Source: Dictyostelium discoideum (Eukaryota). From it: 64,000 bases of DNA. A program made the position numbers and the translations under genes. The stretch spans positions 3,584,001 through 3,648,000 of the forward strand of contig CM000154.2 in assembly GCA_000004695.1 (NCBI GenBank). The letters run 5' to 3'. Below the pieces are notes generated by a model. It was not told the origin of the DNA. It made no database searches and saw nothing but the letters and a program-made list of their open reading frames with translations. Shown here piece after piece: positions 14,614 through 26,141 of the stretch; position 1 is the stretch's first letter, and each line of letters begins with the position of its first letter.

Positions 14614-15670
14614 TTAAATGATACTTACCAAATTTGATTTCTAGTGGTAAATCGAAAATAACTAAAGGATCTATAGAAATTACATCACCTGGGTTATAAT
14701 CTTTACCATTTCCCAATTGATCATAAATTGAAACATAAAGAAGTTGATCGGGTGTACCAACTATTTCAAAAACACCATCGTAAATTGTACCACTAACTAA
14801 TGTTCCTGAACCAAAAGCATTTAAAGGTGAGTAAGTATTAATGGATCTAACACCAGAAGAACTTTCAATTTTTAAACTTAATATATACATATAATCTGAT
14901 ACCTTGGTATATCTATATGATATTAATTGAGGTGGTGTAGAAACTTTAGTTGGAAATGTTAAACTTTGATAAATTTCAATATTCGATGAGGAAGAGCCTA
15001 TATAAAAATAATTTGAAGCAGTTGGAGAAGTTTCCTTTAATCTATTAAATGAAGTTTTGAATTCATAATTTGCGTTATTACCTGAATAAAAACCATATGG
15101 CCAACTTTGATATACAGTAACCCCATATATATATAAAAATAAATCAGTACCTTGATATTGATATCCATTGTAAAAACTAAGAGAATTTATTAGAGCTTCA
15201 GTATTTTCTTGAGATAAATAAGTTGAAGTTGGTCCCATCATTGGTATATTTAAATCTTTAATTATTATTATTTATTTTTTATTTATTTTAAAATTAATAA
15301 TTAATAATTAATAATTAATAGTTAATAGTTAATAATTAATAATTAATAATAATTTATAATACAAACCTGTGATATTTGGGTTATATACTGTTGAATCAAT
15401 AGAGCTATATCCATTTGCAGTTACAAGTGTACTACCTCCCATAATTGAACCAATATATGTCATATTTCCTTTTGTACCTTTAATTGGAAGACTATATATA
15501 GGAGAATACATAAAGAAATAATATTGATATGGTCTCGCTATATTTGTATTGATTGTTGATTGAACTACTGGATTACAACTAGACCCAAATTGATTAAAAT
15601 TATATTCTGTTGATAATATTTCTGGTGGATAAAATGTTTCTATATGACTTGTTGGTAAATCAACTTGATT

Positions 15671-15716
<46 letters not shown>

Positions 15717-16601
15717 TATATATGGAAATAAATTAATAACTATTAAATTATAATTTTAATTTTAATAATAAACACTTACATTGACTATAATATGATTTTA
15801 ATTTAAAAGAAATATTTCTATCATTACCAAAATCAAATGTTACATCTAAATCATCAGTAATATTTTGTTGATTGAATTGATAAATTTGCAGCAAATAATT
15901 AAAACGCGATTCACCTGTTACTATTACAGAACCATAGGAATTCTTTAATCTTATTCCAACTGCTTGGTCAGATTTTTCAAGTCCAGTAAGTGAAATGTAG
16001 TATAAGAAAGAACTATAAAGGTAAATTGGAGTTAAATATTCACTAATATTTAATTTATCGAATTGGAAATCTTTTTTTTTTTTTAAATAATATTAAAATT
16101 AATATTTGAACTTAATAAATTACACCAAATCAATTTTTTTTTTTTTTTATTTTTTTTTTTTTTTTATTTTTTTTTTTTTTTTATAATAAATTATAATAAC
16201 TTACCATTACAAGTTAATGTTAATTGATATGTGTGGTCAATTGTATCATTTGTTGAAAATGTTATTACTTGATAATTAATTCCAAAGTTTTGATTATATT
16301 GTGTTGCAAGAATAAACATATAGGAATTTTCTTTTTGAAATTCTTTTTCAATAGAAAAATTTGTATTATTAGTGATTGCACCTGTAATTGAAAAACCACT
16401 TTGAGCTGTTATATAAATTTGGTAACTTTTATATTGGCAATAAGAGTGTTCACTCGAAGCTGGAGAATAAACATAAGTTGGGTTAATATTAACTACTGAA
16501 GCTTGTATGGTTGACTCGGGTGATAATGGCGCGAATTGGGAATTACTGAAATTTCCAAAATAAAAAATAAATAAAAATAAAATTGTTGTTAATATTTTCA
16601 T
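11858..16601 (-). CDS. Tgr-like type I membrane glycoprotein, paralog 3 (complete; ~6 exons)
   Basis: ATG at 16601 (MKILTTILFLFIFYFGNFSNSQ), donor G|GTAAGT at 16204 (phase 1). Exon 2 is ~16075-15790 (DFQFDKLNISEYLTPIY...). Exon 3 is 15672-15367 (acceptor A-run+G at 15673, donor G|GTTTGT). Exons 4 and 5 lie within ORFs 15241-14540 and 14475-14152. The terminal exon ~14088-11858 (694-aa ORF) has the same IPT-like, PT-linker, EGF-like, TM architecture. Its last ~1030 nt are >98% identical to paralog 2, while its middle is only ~50% identical. Confidence 0.7.
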
Positions 16602-17277
16602 TTTTTAGATTTTTAAATTATAATAATTAATTAAAATGATTAATAAAAAAAAAAATAAAAAAAGAAAAGTTTTTTTTTTTTATGTTTTTTTATGTTTTTT
16701 ATGTTTTTTTTTTTTTTTTTATGTTTTTTTTTTTTTTTAATCGTTGTGACGTGATATTTAAGATATTTTGCTATGGTAATAATTTTTTTAATACACACGA
16801 AACAATAAATATCTTTTTTTTTTTTTTTTTTTTTTTTTTTTGATTTTTTTTTTTTTTTTGATTTTTTCATTATCAATTTTTTTTTTTTTTTTGGTTGATT
16901 TCCCAATCTATAAAATGGAATCGTGATTTCCAAAAATATCTTTAAAAACCATTTCTTTAATTATTTTTTAATTTGAATTTTTATTTTTTTTTAAGATATT
17001 TTTAAGAATTCTTTTATTCTTTTAAAATTTTTTTTTATATTTCCATATTTTATAAATATATAAATTAATTTATATTTTAATATAAAAAATATTAAAATAT
17101 TAAAATATTAAAATATTAAAATTAAAATATTGAAATATTAAAATTAAAAAATTAAAAATTAAATTAAAAATTAAATAAAAAAATTGTTTTTGGTTATTTG
17201 AAATCTTTTTAGATATTTTTTTTTTTTATGATGGTGAGAAAAAAAAAAACAAAAACGCTGTGATGTTCTTGATATTT

Positions 17278-17310
<33 letters not shown>

Positions 17311-17454
17311 TTTAAATTAAGCTTTTTTAATAAAAATAATTATTGTCAAATTATGTTCCCATAAATAATATTAAAAATTTAATTATTTTTGATAAAAAAA
17401 AAGGAAATAAACATATGATTAAGGGCTTCTTACCGCAAATAACAATCAAATTAG

Positions 17455-17560
17455 GTATAGAATAGGTGGGAGACGCAAGTCGATAGTGAAATACCACCAC
17501 TAAAGTGATTCGGGGTGGACTGAAAAGTCCCGTACTATTGCATTACAGCCCCCTTCCTTA
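17455..17560 (+). rRNA. LSU (23S/26S-type) rRNA-like fragment, ~110 nt, isolated (pseudo/relic)
   Basis: A GC-rich island in an AT desert: GGTATAGAATAGGTGGGAGACGCAAGTCGATAGTGAAATACCACCACTAAAGTGATTCGGGGTGGACTG. This matches from memory the conserved LSU rRNA domain IV segment (yeast 25S ...GGTGTAGAATAAGTGGGAG...CAGTGAAATACCACTAC...; E. coli 23S ...GATAGGTGGGAG...GAAATACCACC...). No flanking rRNA sequence is present, so it is a fragment, not a gene. Confidence 0.45.
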
Positions 17561-17687
17561 AATGGAAGTTCTTCTAAGCCCTGTTTTTATTTTTATTTTT
17601 TTTTATTTTTATTTTTTTTTTTTATATTTTATATAAATATACATATTTTTATTTATTTTATTTTATTTGAATTTAATTTATTTGGTT

Positions 17688-17996
17688 TTATTTATTTGTA
17701 TTTATTTTTTTTAAAATTTTTTGAATATATAAAAAAGTAGAATTTTGATATTTTAAATTTTCTTTATCATTGTTTGGGAAAGTGATTGATTTAATTTCCA
17801 TTAATTCAGAAGTTGAAATTGATATTAAATTATTTCTAAAAAAATATTTAATAATCTCTAAATAATTAAATTTTAAACAAACTTTAATTAAACTCCAATC
17901 AACTGATGGGAAATTTTCCTTATAATTATCAAATATGAATTTAATAACTTTTAAATTTCCAAATTGAACAGATTCTTTAATAATTATTTCTAATAA

Positions 17997-18052
<56 letters not shown>

Positions 18053-19884
18053 AATTATGTTGAAGATATTTTTTAATGAAATTTAAATCACCATTTTTTA
18101 AAGATAACCATAATACAGATTTCAATTGTGATGAATTATTATCATTATTATTATTATTTAATGAATCTATATAATCTTGTAATTTACCAACACAATATTT
18201 TAATAAGTTTAAAGTATCAGTTGGAAGTGAAAACTTATTAATATTGATTAATATCCAATGGAATAGTTTTAAAATTATTCGATTAAATGGTAAATCATTT
18301 ATAGATGGTGGTAAAAATGAATATTTCTTATTTGTTGGATAATTTTCTATAACAAATTTAAAATTTTCAAAATCTGTTTCAGTAATTTCATCATTAAAAT
18401 AAATATATATAATTTCATTTTCATTTAGCATTATTGTTTCTTTTTCACTATATTTATCATTATTAACTGTTGTTGATGTTGCTTCTGTTGTTTCTGCTGT
18501 TTCTGTTGGTGTTGGTGTTGTTGGTGTTGTTGGTGTTGTTTCTGTTGTTGGTGTTGGTGTAGTTGTTGATATTGGTTCAATTTCTTTTTCAATTTGATAA
18601 ATATTTGGATTTTCAATAATACGTTTGACATTTTTTAAATTAATAATATCAATTTCAGGTTCTATTGAAGTTGCTAATAAATTATTTTGTCTAATTAATT
18701 GTTCACATTTTTCTAATAATGGGATATTTGATTTTGATTGAATTTCATCTAAATCCAAGATACCTTTTCTACCTTCAATATTTAAAGCATAAATATAATC
18801 TAAAACTATTGGTGATTCTACAAATGAATAGATATTATTAAATCTTTCTACAATAAATGATAATACACCAAATCTATTATCTATACCAGTAGTGGAATAT
18901 TCATTTTCATCATTATTTAAATAATCTTCATCTTCATTTTCATTATTATTATTATTATCATCTTCACTAATATTATCATCTACTTTTCTTCTTTTTGTTT
19001 GTCTTTTAAATTTTCTACAATAGTTTACTTTAATTTTCAATTTATCAGATGCCATCTTTATTAAATCTATTTGATCATATTCAACAATTAAACAAAATAA
19101 AATCCATGGATCAATTAATGAACATTCAGACATTTTTGATATGAAATTCTTTTTTCTAGTTTTATCATTAATACAGTTTTCAAATAAAAATGATTTTGGT
19201 TGTTGTTGTTGTTGTTGTTGTTGTTCTTTTATCAGCTTTTGTTTTTTTTGATAATAATAAAATTCTTGTAATAAAAACCTCATTGGATTGGTTTCTGGTA
19301 TTGAATGATCAATATATTTTAACATTAAAATTAACATTTCATAATTTCCAAATTTAAATGCATCAATTAAGCTCATACCACTAAAATTTAAATTTACACT
19401 TGTTGGTGGTGCTCCAAATTTACAATAATAAACTAAACTTTTATGTTCCGATAATGCTACTGATAAAGATTGTTGTTGTTGCTGTTGTTGTTGCTGTGAT
19501 TTACTTTTATCTAGTAAATTTGATTCTGGATGCATACAATTATATGCTGTACCACTACTAATGATATAATAAAATTCTAATAATTTTTTAAATTTTAAAT
19601 TTGATGAATCGAAAAGTTGTAATGGTGTTTCTAATTCTTGTTGGCTAAAATTCATTACATTAATTTGTTTCTCTACTAGATATTGATTTGTTGATAGTGA
19701 TGTTATATTATTACTATTATTATTAATAGTTGGTGTTGTTGATGATTTTTTATATAATTTTAATTTGTTAAATATTAATGCTGATGTTATTAATGTTTTT
19801 AATTTAATATTTAATTTTATTGGACATTCTCTAAAAAGTGTAAATGTAATTTGTTTTTTAAAATCTTTAATACTATTTTGATTT

Positions 19885-19970
<86 letters not shown>

Positions 19971-20550
19971 TTTTGATTTTATTTTTTTATTTTCAAATTT
20001 ATCAGAATCTATTGGTTTTTGAATGAATTGTGAACAATCTGAAAGTAAGAAATTTATAAAATCTAAATAACCTTCAAACTGATCTCTATTTAATGAACCA
20101 TTGAAACTACTTAATGATTTTAATAAACAATTCCAAATTTTATTTGAAGTGATTGATTTTTGAATTTCTTCATTATCATTATTATTATTACCATCTTTAT
20201 CAATAGTAGTGGTTGTTGTGGTTGTTGTTGTTGTCTTTGTTGAATATAGTTGATTAAAATCATCTTCAAAACCAGTTGTATTATTATGATTTATAATTAT
20301 CCATTTTGAAATATCAAAATTTTCAAAGAAAATAGATTGAAAAAGGTTTGAATAAGTTGGTTGATAATTAAATTTCTTACAAATTGATTTCAATGAATAT
20401 TGATTATTTGATAATATCGATGAATTAACAAGTGTATATCCAATATTCTTTTTTTTAAAATATTTTAATTTTGAATATCGCTTTAATAATGATTTATAAA
20501 ATTCTTGATCTTGTTCGTCTTTAAAATATTTAAATATATTTAAAAATTCA

Positions 20551-20582
<32 letters not shown>

Positions 20583-20966
20583 TATTATATTATTTTTAAA
20601 ATTTGTATAAAATTTAAATAATTTATCATCTAATGATTGATTATTGTTATTATTATCTTGTTCTTCATTTATTAATCTTTTTTGTTCATCTAATTCTATT
20701 AATTTATAAAATTGAATTTGGTTATCACTTTTTTGTAATTCTAATGATGTTGATGGTGTATTACTATCTAAAACTAAATAACAATGACTCTTCATTAATT
20801 TATATTTTAATGTCGCTCTATAATTATTGTTGATTAACCATTTAATTGAATGTTTATTTTCAGTGGGTGATAATATATTATCATCTTGTATTTCGTAGGA
20901 TAAATATTTTATAATCTTTTTAAATATAGTTTTATTATGTATTACTTTATAAAATAATATATCCAT
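17688..20966 (-). CDS. large N/Q/T-rich hypothetical protein (1092 aa), paralog of the 27605-30136 product
   Basis: Single uninterrupted ORF. The N-terminus MDILFYKVIHNKTIFKKIIKYL shares the LF(Y/W)K(V/I)xxN...IF(K/E)KI motif with the plus-strand gene at 27605. It contains poly-N, poly-Q and poly-T tracts and a PT-rich segment. No catalytic domain was recognised. Confidence 0.6.
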
Positions 20967-21171
20967 CTTTAATTTTTTGAAAAAAAAAAAAAAAAAAAAA
21001 AGAAAATGAAAATGTAAAAAAAAAAAAAATTAAAAAAAAAAAGAAAATAAAAAAAAAATAAAAAAAAATAAAAATAAAAAAAAAATTGTTTGAAATTAAC
21101 CAATTTATTTAAAAATGTTTTGAAGATTTAATTTTCTTTCTACAAATAAAGGTTAATTTAGTATGAAAAAT

Positions 21172-21488
21172 TTAAAGGATTTTAATATGGGTTTTACCTA
21201 TATTGCACAAGGTTAATTTTCCTCTAACATCCATCATTTTGGTTTGAGTGCTGTGAGGTAAAATATCAAGTGTTTCTTGAATGTTGCCATTAAGATTTAA
21301 TTCACATCTTGCTAATTCATCTCCTTCATTTTCAAGAATAAATGTTGAAATTTCTTCACCTTTTGTTGGAACTATATAAAAAAAAAAAAAAAAAAAATGA
21401 AAAAAATAATTTAATATTTTTTTTTTTTTTTTAGAATCTTAAATAAATATTTACCAATGTAGTGACCTCCTGGTTTAATAATTGCCAT
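21172..21488 (-). CDS. small 2-exon gene, 78-aa protein of unknown function
   Basis: Exon 1 is 21488-21455 (ATG GCA ATT ATT AAA CCA GGA GGT CAC TAC ATT G|GTAAAT). The intron is 21454-21372 and ends TTTATATAG. Exon 2 is 21371-21172, in phase. It gives MAIIKPGGHYIVPTKGEEISTFILENEGDELARCELNLNGNIQETLDILPHSTQTKMMDVRGKLTLCNIGKTHIKIL*. Composition is non-low-complexity, unlike the surrounding DNA. The family was not recognised. Confidence 0.45.
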
Positions 21489-21574
21489 TTTTAGTTATTT
21501 GTTTTTAATAAATGAAATATATTGTAAAAATAAAAAAAAAAATTTTTAAGTTGGTATAAATAATAAAAAAAAAA

Positions 21575-21615
<41 letters not shown>

Positions 21616-21965
21616 TTTTTAGGAAAAAAAAAAAAAAAAAATCCTTATTTCTCAGTAACACAAAATATTTTTTTTAATTTTTGTTTTTGTTTTTATTTTT
21701 TACTTTTTATTTTTAATTAATTTTTATAAATTGGGGTGTGTGCTTTTAGTAAATAAAAAACCCCAAAAAAGGAAAAAATTTATTTTTTAAAAAAATGTTT
21801 TTCTTGGGAAGTTTATCAGGATACTTTAAAATATATAAAAATAAAAAATTATTAAAAAAAAAAAAAAAAAAAAAAAAATTTACCATTTATGAAAAAACAC
21901 TTGGGAACCTCTGATATTTTAACTTTTTTATTAAATGGATTTTTTTTTTTTTATTTGTTTACTAT

Positions 21966-23078
21966 TCAATAACCTATAATTTTTACATTTTTAGGAACAA
22001 AAGATTCAATTAATTTTTTACAACTTTTCAAAATATAGACATTGTTTAATGTATTAGGAATTGAACCAATCATCAAATCATGTTTTATACCACCAAAAAG
22101 TAACTCTTTAACACTTTCTGGTATTATACCTTTGGTTAATTTTTGATTGAATCCATCACATAAAGTAAGAGTTTTTACAGTATTAGGAATTGAATCAATT
22201 ATTAATTCTTGTTTTATATTACCTATTAACAACTCTTTAACACCTTCTGGTATTATACCTTTGGTTAATTTTTGATTGAATCCATCACATAAAGAAACAG
22301 TTGTTACAGTATTAGGAATTGAATCAATTATTAATTCTTGTTTTATATCACCCAAAACCAACACTTTAACACTTTCTGGTATTATACCTTTGGTTAATTT
22401 TTGATTGAATCCATTACATAAAGTAACAGTTGTTACAGTATTAGGAATTGAATCAATATTTAATTCTTGTTTTATATCACCTATATGTAACTCTTTAATA
22501 CCCACTGGTATTATACCTTTGGTTAATTTTTGATTGAATCCATTAAGAAGCATAACATTGTTTGGTAATTTTTTTACTTTTGATAAGATGTCACAATTGT
22601 CTTTGAATGCTAAACTTTCGAAATCTCCAGACAATATAGATGATTCATCATTCTCTGAATATATAAAAAAATCGTGATTCCATACTAAAAACAAAGAATT
22701 AGTTTTTTTTTTTTTTTTTTTTTTTTAGACTTTTTTATTTGGGTCTAACTTACTGTTGATGAATTTATTTTCATTGATTGAGTTATTTAAATTATTATTA
22801 TTATTATTATTATCAACAAAAGAGTATATTGATTTAAAACTATTTTTAATATTATTAATTGTGTGATTATCGAATTTTAAGATTTGATTATTATATTCTT
22901 TTAGTTTATTAAAATTATTGATATTATTATTATTATTTAATATTAATAATGATTGTTGATATTGTTTAATTAATTCAATAGTATATGTATCAATTTGATA
23001 GTCATCATCATCATCATTGTTGTCATTGTCTTGTTGATTATAAATTTGTGAAAAATGATTTAATTTATCAAAAATTGA

Positions 23079-23137
<59 letters not shown>

Positions 23138-23140
23138 TAC

Positions 23141-23171
<31 letters not shown>

Positions 23172-23651
23172 GTTTAAGATTATTGAAACTATTTTATCAT
23201 CATTGTCGATTGAAGAAGTTATAATTGTATTCACTAATATATTTTTATCTAAGTTTGTTGATAGTTGTCTTTCAATATCGAATTCAACTAATGAAAGTAT
23301 ATTGTGAATTTTTTTAAATTCATTTTTTAACAAATTATTATTATTATCATATTGTGATTGAATTTGTTTGAAAGTATCATTTGATTCTTTTAATAATATT
23401 TGATCATTTTCTTTTCTTTCAATTAATTTTGGATAAACGTTATTTTTAAAATCATTAATCAATGAATGAATATTTGATGCTGATGATTCTAATAAATCAG
23501 TTTTATGACCATGATGTTCACCTTTACGAGAAATACAAAGACTACAACATGGCATAAATTTACAATCCAAACATAAAAATTCTAAATTTTTATTTGAATG
23601 AAGTGTACATTTATTTTGATTATTTGTAATTATATCTTCACTTTCTATCAT
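21966..23651 (-). CDS. B-box zinc finger + coiled-coil + FNIP-repeat protein (intact copy A; 2 exons, 4 FNIP units of 43 aa)
   Basis: Exon 1 is 23651-22754: [52 protein letters not shown]... (C/H-rich B-box), followed by a coiled-coil and poly-N. The donor is CAACA|GTAAGT (phase 1). The intron is 22753-22685 and ends TTTTTAG. Exon 2 is 22684-21966 with four [29 protein letters not shown] units, the Dictyostelium FNIP repeat. The stop is included at 21966. Confidence 0.75.
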
Positions 23652-23700
23652 TTTATGTGCTGTTTTGGTTTGTTTAAAAAAAAAAAAAAAAAAAAAAAAT

Positions 23701-23720
23701 TTTGATAACTTAAAATTTTA
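23701..23720 (-). promoter_or_regulatory. conserved upstream motif TTTGATAACTTAAAATTTT ~50-70 bp 5' of the B-box gene ATG
   Basis: The same or a near-identical motif recurs upstream of other copies: 61230-61249 (plus a variant ATTTGATAATTTAATTTT at 61151-61168) for copy D, and 27008-27026 (TATGATAACTTAAATTTTT) abutting truncated copy C. It is diverged upstream of decayed copies B and E. Confidence 0.4.
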
Positions 23721-24007
23721 AAATAAAGAAAATAAAAAAAAAAATTAATCTTTTTATTTTGAATAAAAAACAAAAAAAAAGTTTATCAAATTATTATATT
23801 GGAAAAATGAAAAAAAAAAAAAAAAAATGAAAAAAAAAAAAAAAAAAATAATAAAATTAAAAAATATATAAAAAATAAATCTTAGTTGGAATTTTTTTTT
23901 TTTTTTCTTTAGTAATCAATTATTAAACAAAAAAAAAGTTTATCAAATTACTATTATATTGTTTTCCAATATTTAGATGAATAAATAAATAAATTTTTTC
24001 ATTAATC

Positions 24008-24160
24008 GATAAAGCAGGTTTAGCAAATGGAGTTTTATTTTTAATATTTTAGATGTATCATTATTAGCAATTTAGGAACAGCATCATTGCTTGATAAAGC
24101 AGGTTTGGCAAATGAAGTTTTATTTTTAAAATTTTTATGTGTATCATTATCGATATTGGG
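24008..24160. repeat. two diverged direct copies of a ~95-bp unit (GATAAAGCAGGTTT[A/G]GCAAATG[G/A]AGTTTTATTTTTAA...)
   Basis: Copy 1 is 24008-24064 and copy 2 is 24103-24160, with similar spacers. The region reads as a short hydrophobic-peptide ORF fragment and may be a relic. Confidence 0.5.
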
Positions 24161-24414
24161 ACTTGCAACATTGGGAACCAATGTTCAAGTTATCGATAAA
24201 GGTCAAATAGTAGAGAAAGAGAATCAAACTAAGTTTATTATTATTCAAAGATAGACCAATTCGATTACAAGTGGTACCATTACTTTATAGTGGTGTTTTT
24301 TTGGTGTATTCCCTCAACTACTTTGTAAAGAATGGATTGGTTATCGCTGTATGGTAGTTATATCGGTGGTGCTTCACTTGGGTAAAGGCAAACAAGCTGC
24401 AATGAATGTAAGTA

Positions 24415-24503
<89 letters not shown>
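24415..24503. repeat. (AAT)n microsatellite, ~29 units
   Basis: Perfect trinucleotide run seen directly in the sequence. Confidence 0.9.
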
Positions 24504-24504
<1 letters not shown>

Positions 24505-24910
24505 TAATAAATAATTATTTAAATAAATTAATAAATAAAAAAATAAAAAAGTAAATAAATAAATAAATAGTCCCTTTATTTTTGGAAATAATTGGTTTTT
24601 TTTTTTTTTTTTTTTTAGCGATGAAACTTTTTTTTTTTTCTTATGTTTTTTGGTCATTTAAACTACTATTATTTTGTTTATTAATTGTTGGAATAAATTT
24701 AACATAGGAAAAAACCTCGACACTCTAGAAATTTATTTATTTATTTATATATTTATTTATTATTATTTTTATTTGATTATTTACATTCTCTTGAAACTTA
24801 TTTAATTGTATCACGACAAGTCATTTCCAAACATTAAATAAAAAAAAAATAAAAAAAAAAAAAATTATAAACTCAAAAATTGGATTGGATAATACAAATT
24901 TTTTTCTTTT

Positions 24911-24935
24911 TATTATTATTATTATTATTATTATA

Positions 24936-25020
<85 letters not shown>
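24911..25020. repeat. (ATT)n microsatellite, ~36 units
   Basis: Perfect trinucleotide run with one ATA interruption. It causes three spurious overlapping ORFs in the track. Confidence 0.9.
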
Positions 25021-25021
<1 letters not shown>

Positions 25022-25149
25022 CATCTTTTTTTTTTATTCCCTTTGGGACTTTTTTCACTATCATGGGTATACCTATAGGGAAAAAAAGGGCTACAACAAT
25101 TCTCACAAAATAATTATGGTGTAGTAAAAATACAAAGATTTTTTTTATT

Positions 25150-25910
25150 TTTTTTTTATTTGTGCACTATTTTGACATTTTCTGGAACAAAGGGCCAATT
25201 AATTTTTTACAACTTTTATAAATATTGACATTGTTTAATGTATTGGGAATTGAATCAATCATCAAATCTTGTTTTATATCACCTATGTGCAAATCTTTAA
25301 TGTTATCAGGTATTGTAGCTGGTGTTAATTTTTGATTGAATCCATCACATAACCAAACAGTTGTTACAGTATTAGGAATTGAATCAATTATTAATTCTTG
25401 TTATATATCACCTATAAACAACTCTTTAACACCTTCTGGTATTATACCTTTGGTTAATTTTTGATTGAATCCATTTTGTTGATAGTTGTTTTTCAATATC
25501 CAATTCAACAAATGAAAGTATATTGTGAATTTTTTTAAATTCATTTTTTAATAAACTATTACAATTATCATTTTGTGATTGAATTTGTTTGAAAGTATCA
25601 TTTGATTGTTTTAATAATATTTGATCATTTTCTTTCAATTAATTTTGGATAAATATTATCTTTAAAATCATTAATTAATGAATATTTGATGCTGATGATT
25701 CTAATAAATCAGTTTTATGACCATGATGTTCACCTTTACGAGAAATACAAAGACTACAACATGGCATAAAACTGATTTATGCCATGTTGTAGTCTTTGTA
25801 TTTCTCCATGGAATAAATTTACAATCCAAACATAAAAATTCTAAATTTTTATTTGGATGTAGTGTACATTCATTTTTATTATTTGTAATTATATCTTCAC
25901 TTTCTATCAT
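25150..25910 (-). pseudogene. B-box/FNIP gene copy B: pseudogene with internal deletion and inverted duplication
   Basis: N-terminal B-box codons are present ([32 protein letters not shown]...) but interrupted at 25740-25806 by an inverted duplication. The coiled-coil segment ([23 protein letters not shown]...) is fused directly at ~25480 to decayed FNIP units (25160-25470). The exon-1 tail, the intron and the exon-2 head are missing, and the frame is broken. Confidence 0.65.
25740..25806. repeat. perfect 31-bp inverted repeat (hairpin) with 5-nt loop inside pseudogene B
   Basis: The left arm GAGAAATACAAAGACTACAACATGGCATAAA (25740-25770) is the exact reverse complement of 25776-25806; the spacer is ACTGA. 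The intact paralog (23525-23560) has only the left-arm sequence continuing ...CATAAATTTACAATCC. Confidence 0.9.
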
Positions 25911-26141
25911 TTTATGTGCTGATTTTGTTTGTTTTTAAAAAAAAAAAAAGAAAATATTTTGGACACCGAAATTTTTTTTTTCCTTTTTTTACTTTTTTAT
26001 TTTTTTTTTATTTAGATAATTAATTCAAAAATCATTCAATTTTTAAATCCAACAACAATAATAATAATAATAATATCATCACAAAATTTTTATTTTTTTT
26101 TTTTTTTATTTTTTTTTTATTTTTTTTTTTTTTTATTTTTT

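Noticed and set aside
16640-16933. 97-aa Lys-rich ORF (MEITIPFYRLGNQPKKKKK...)
   Set aside because: A translation of poly-T/poly-A intergenic DNA upstream of paralog 3, and low complexity only.
24351-25124. ORF-track entries 24351-24554, 24358-24657, 24821-25024, 24873-25106, 24885-25124 (poly-N / poly-Y / poly-I proteins)
   Set aside because: These are translations of (AAT)n/(ATT)n microsatellites in all frames and strands, with no start context or complexity.
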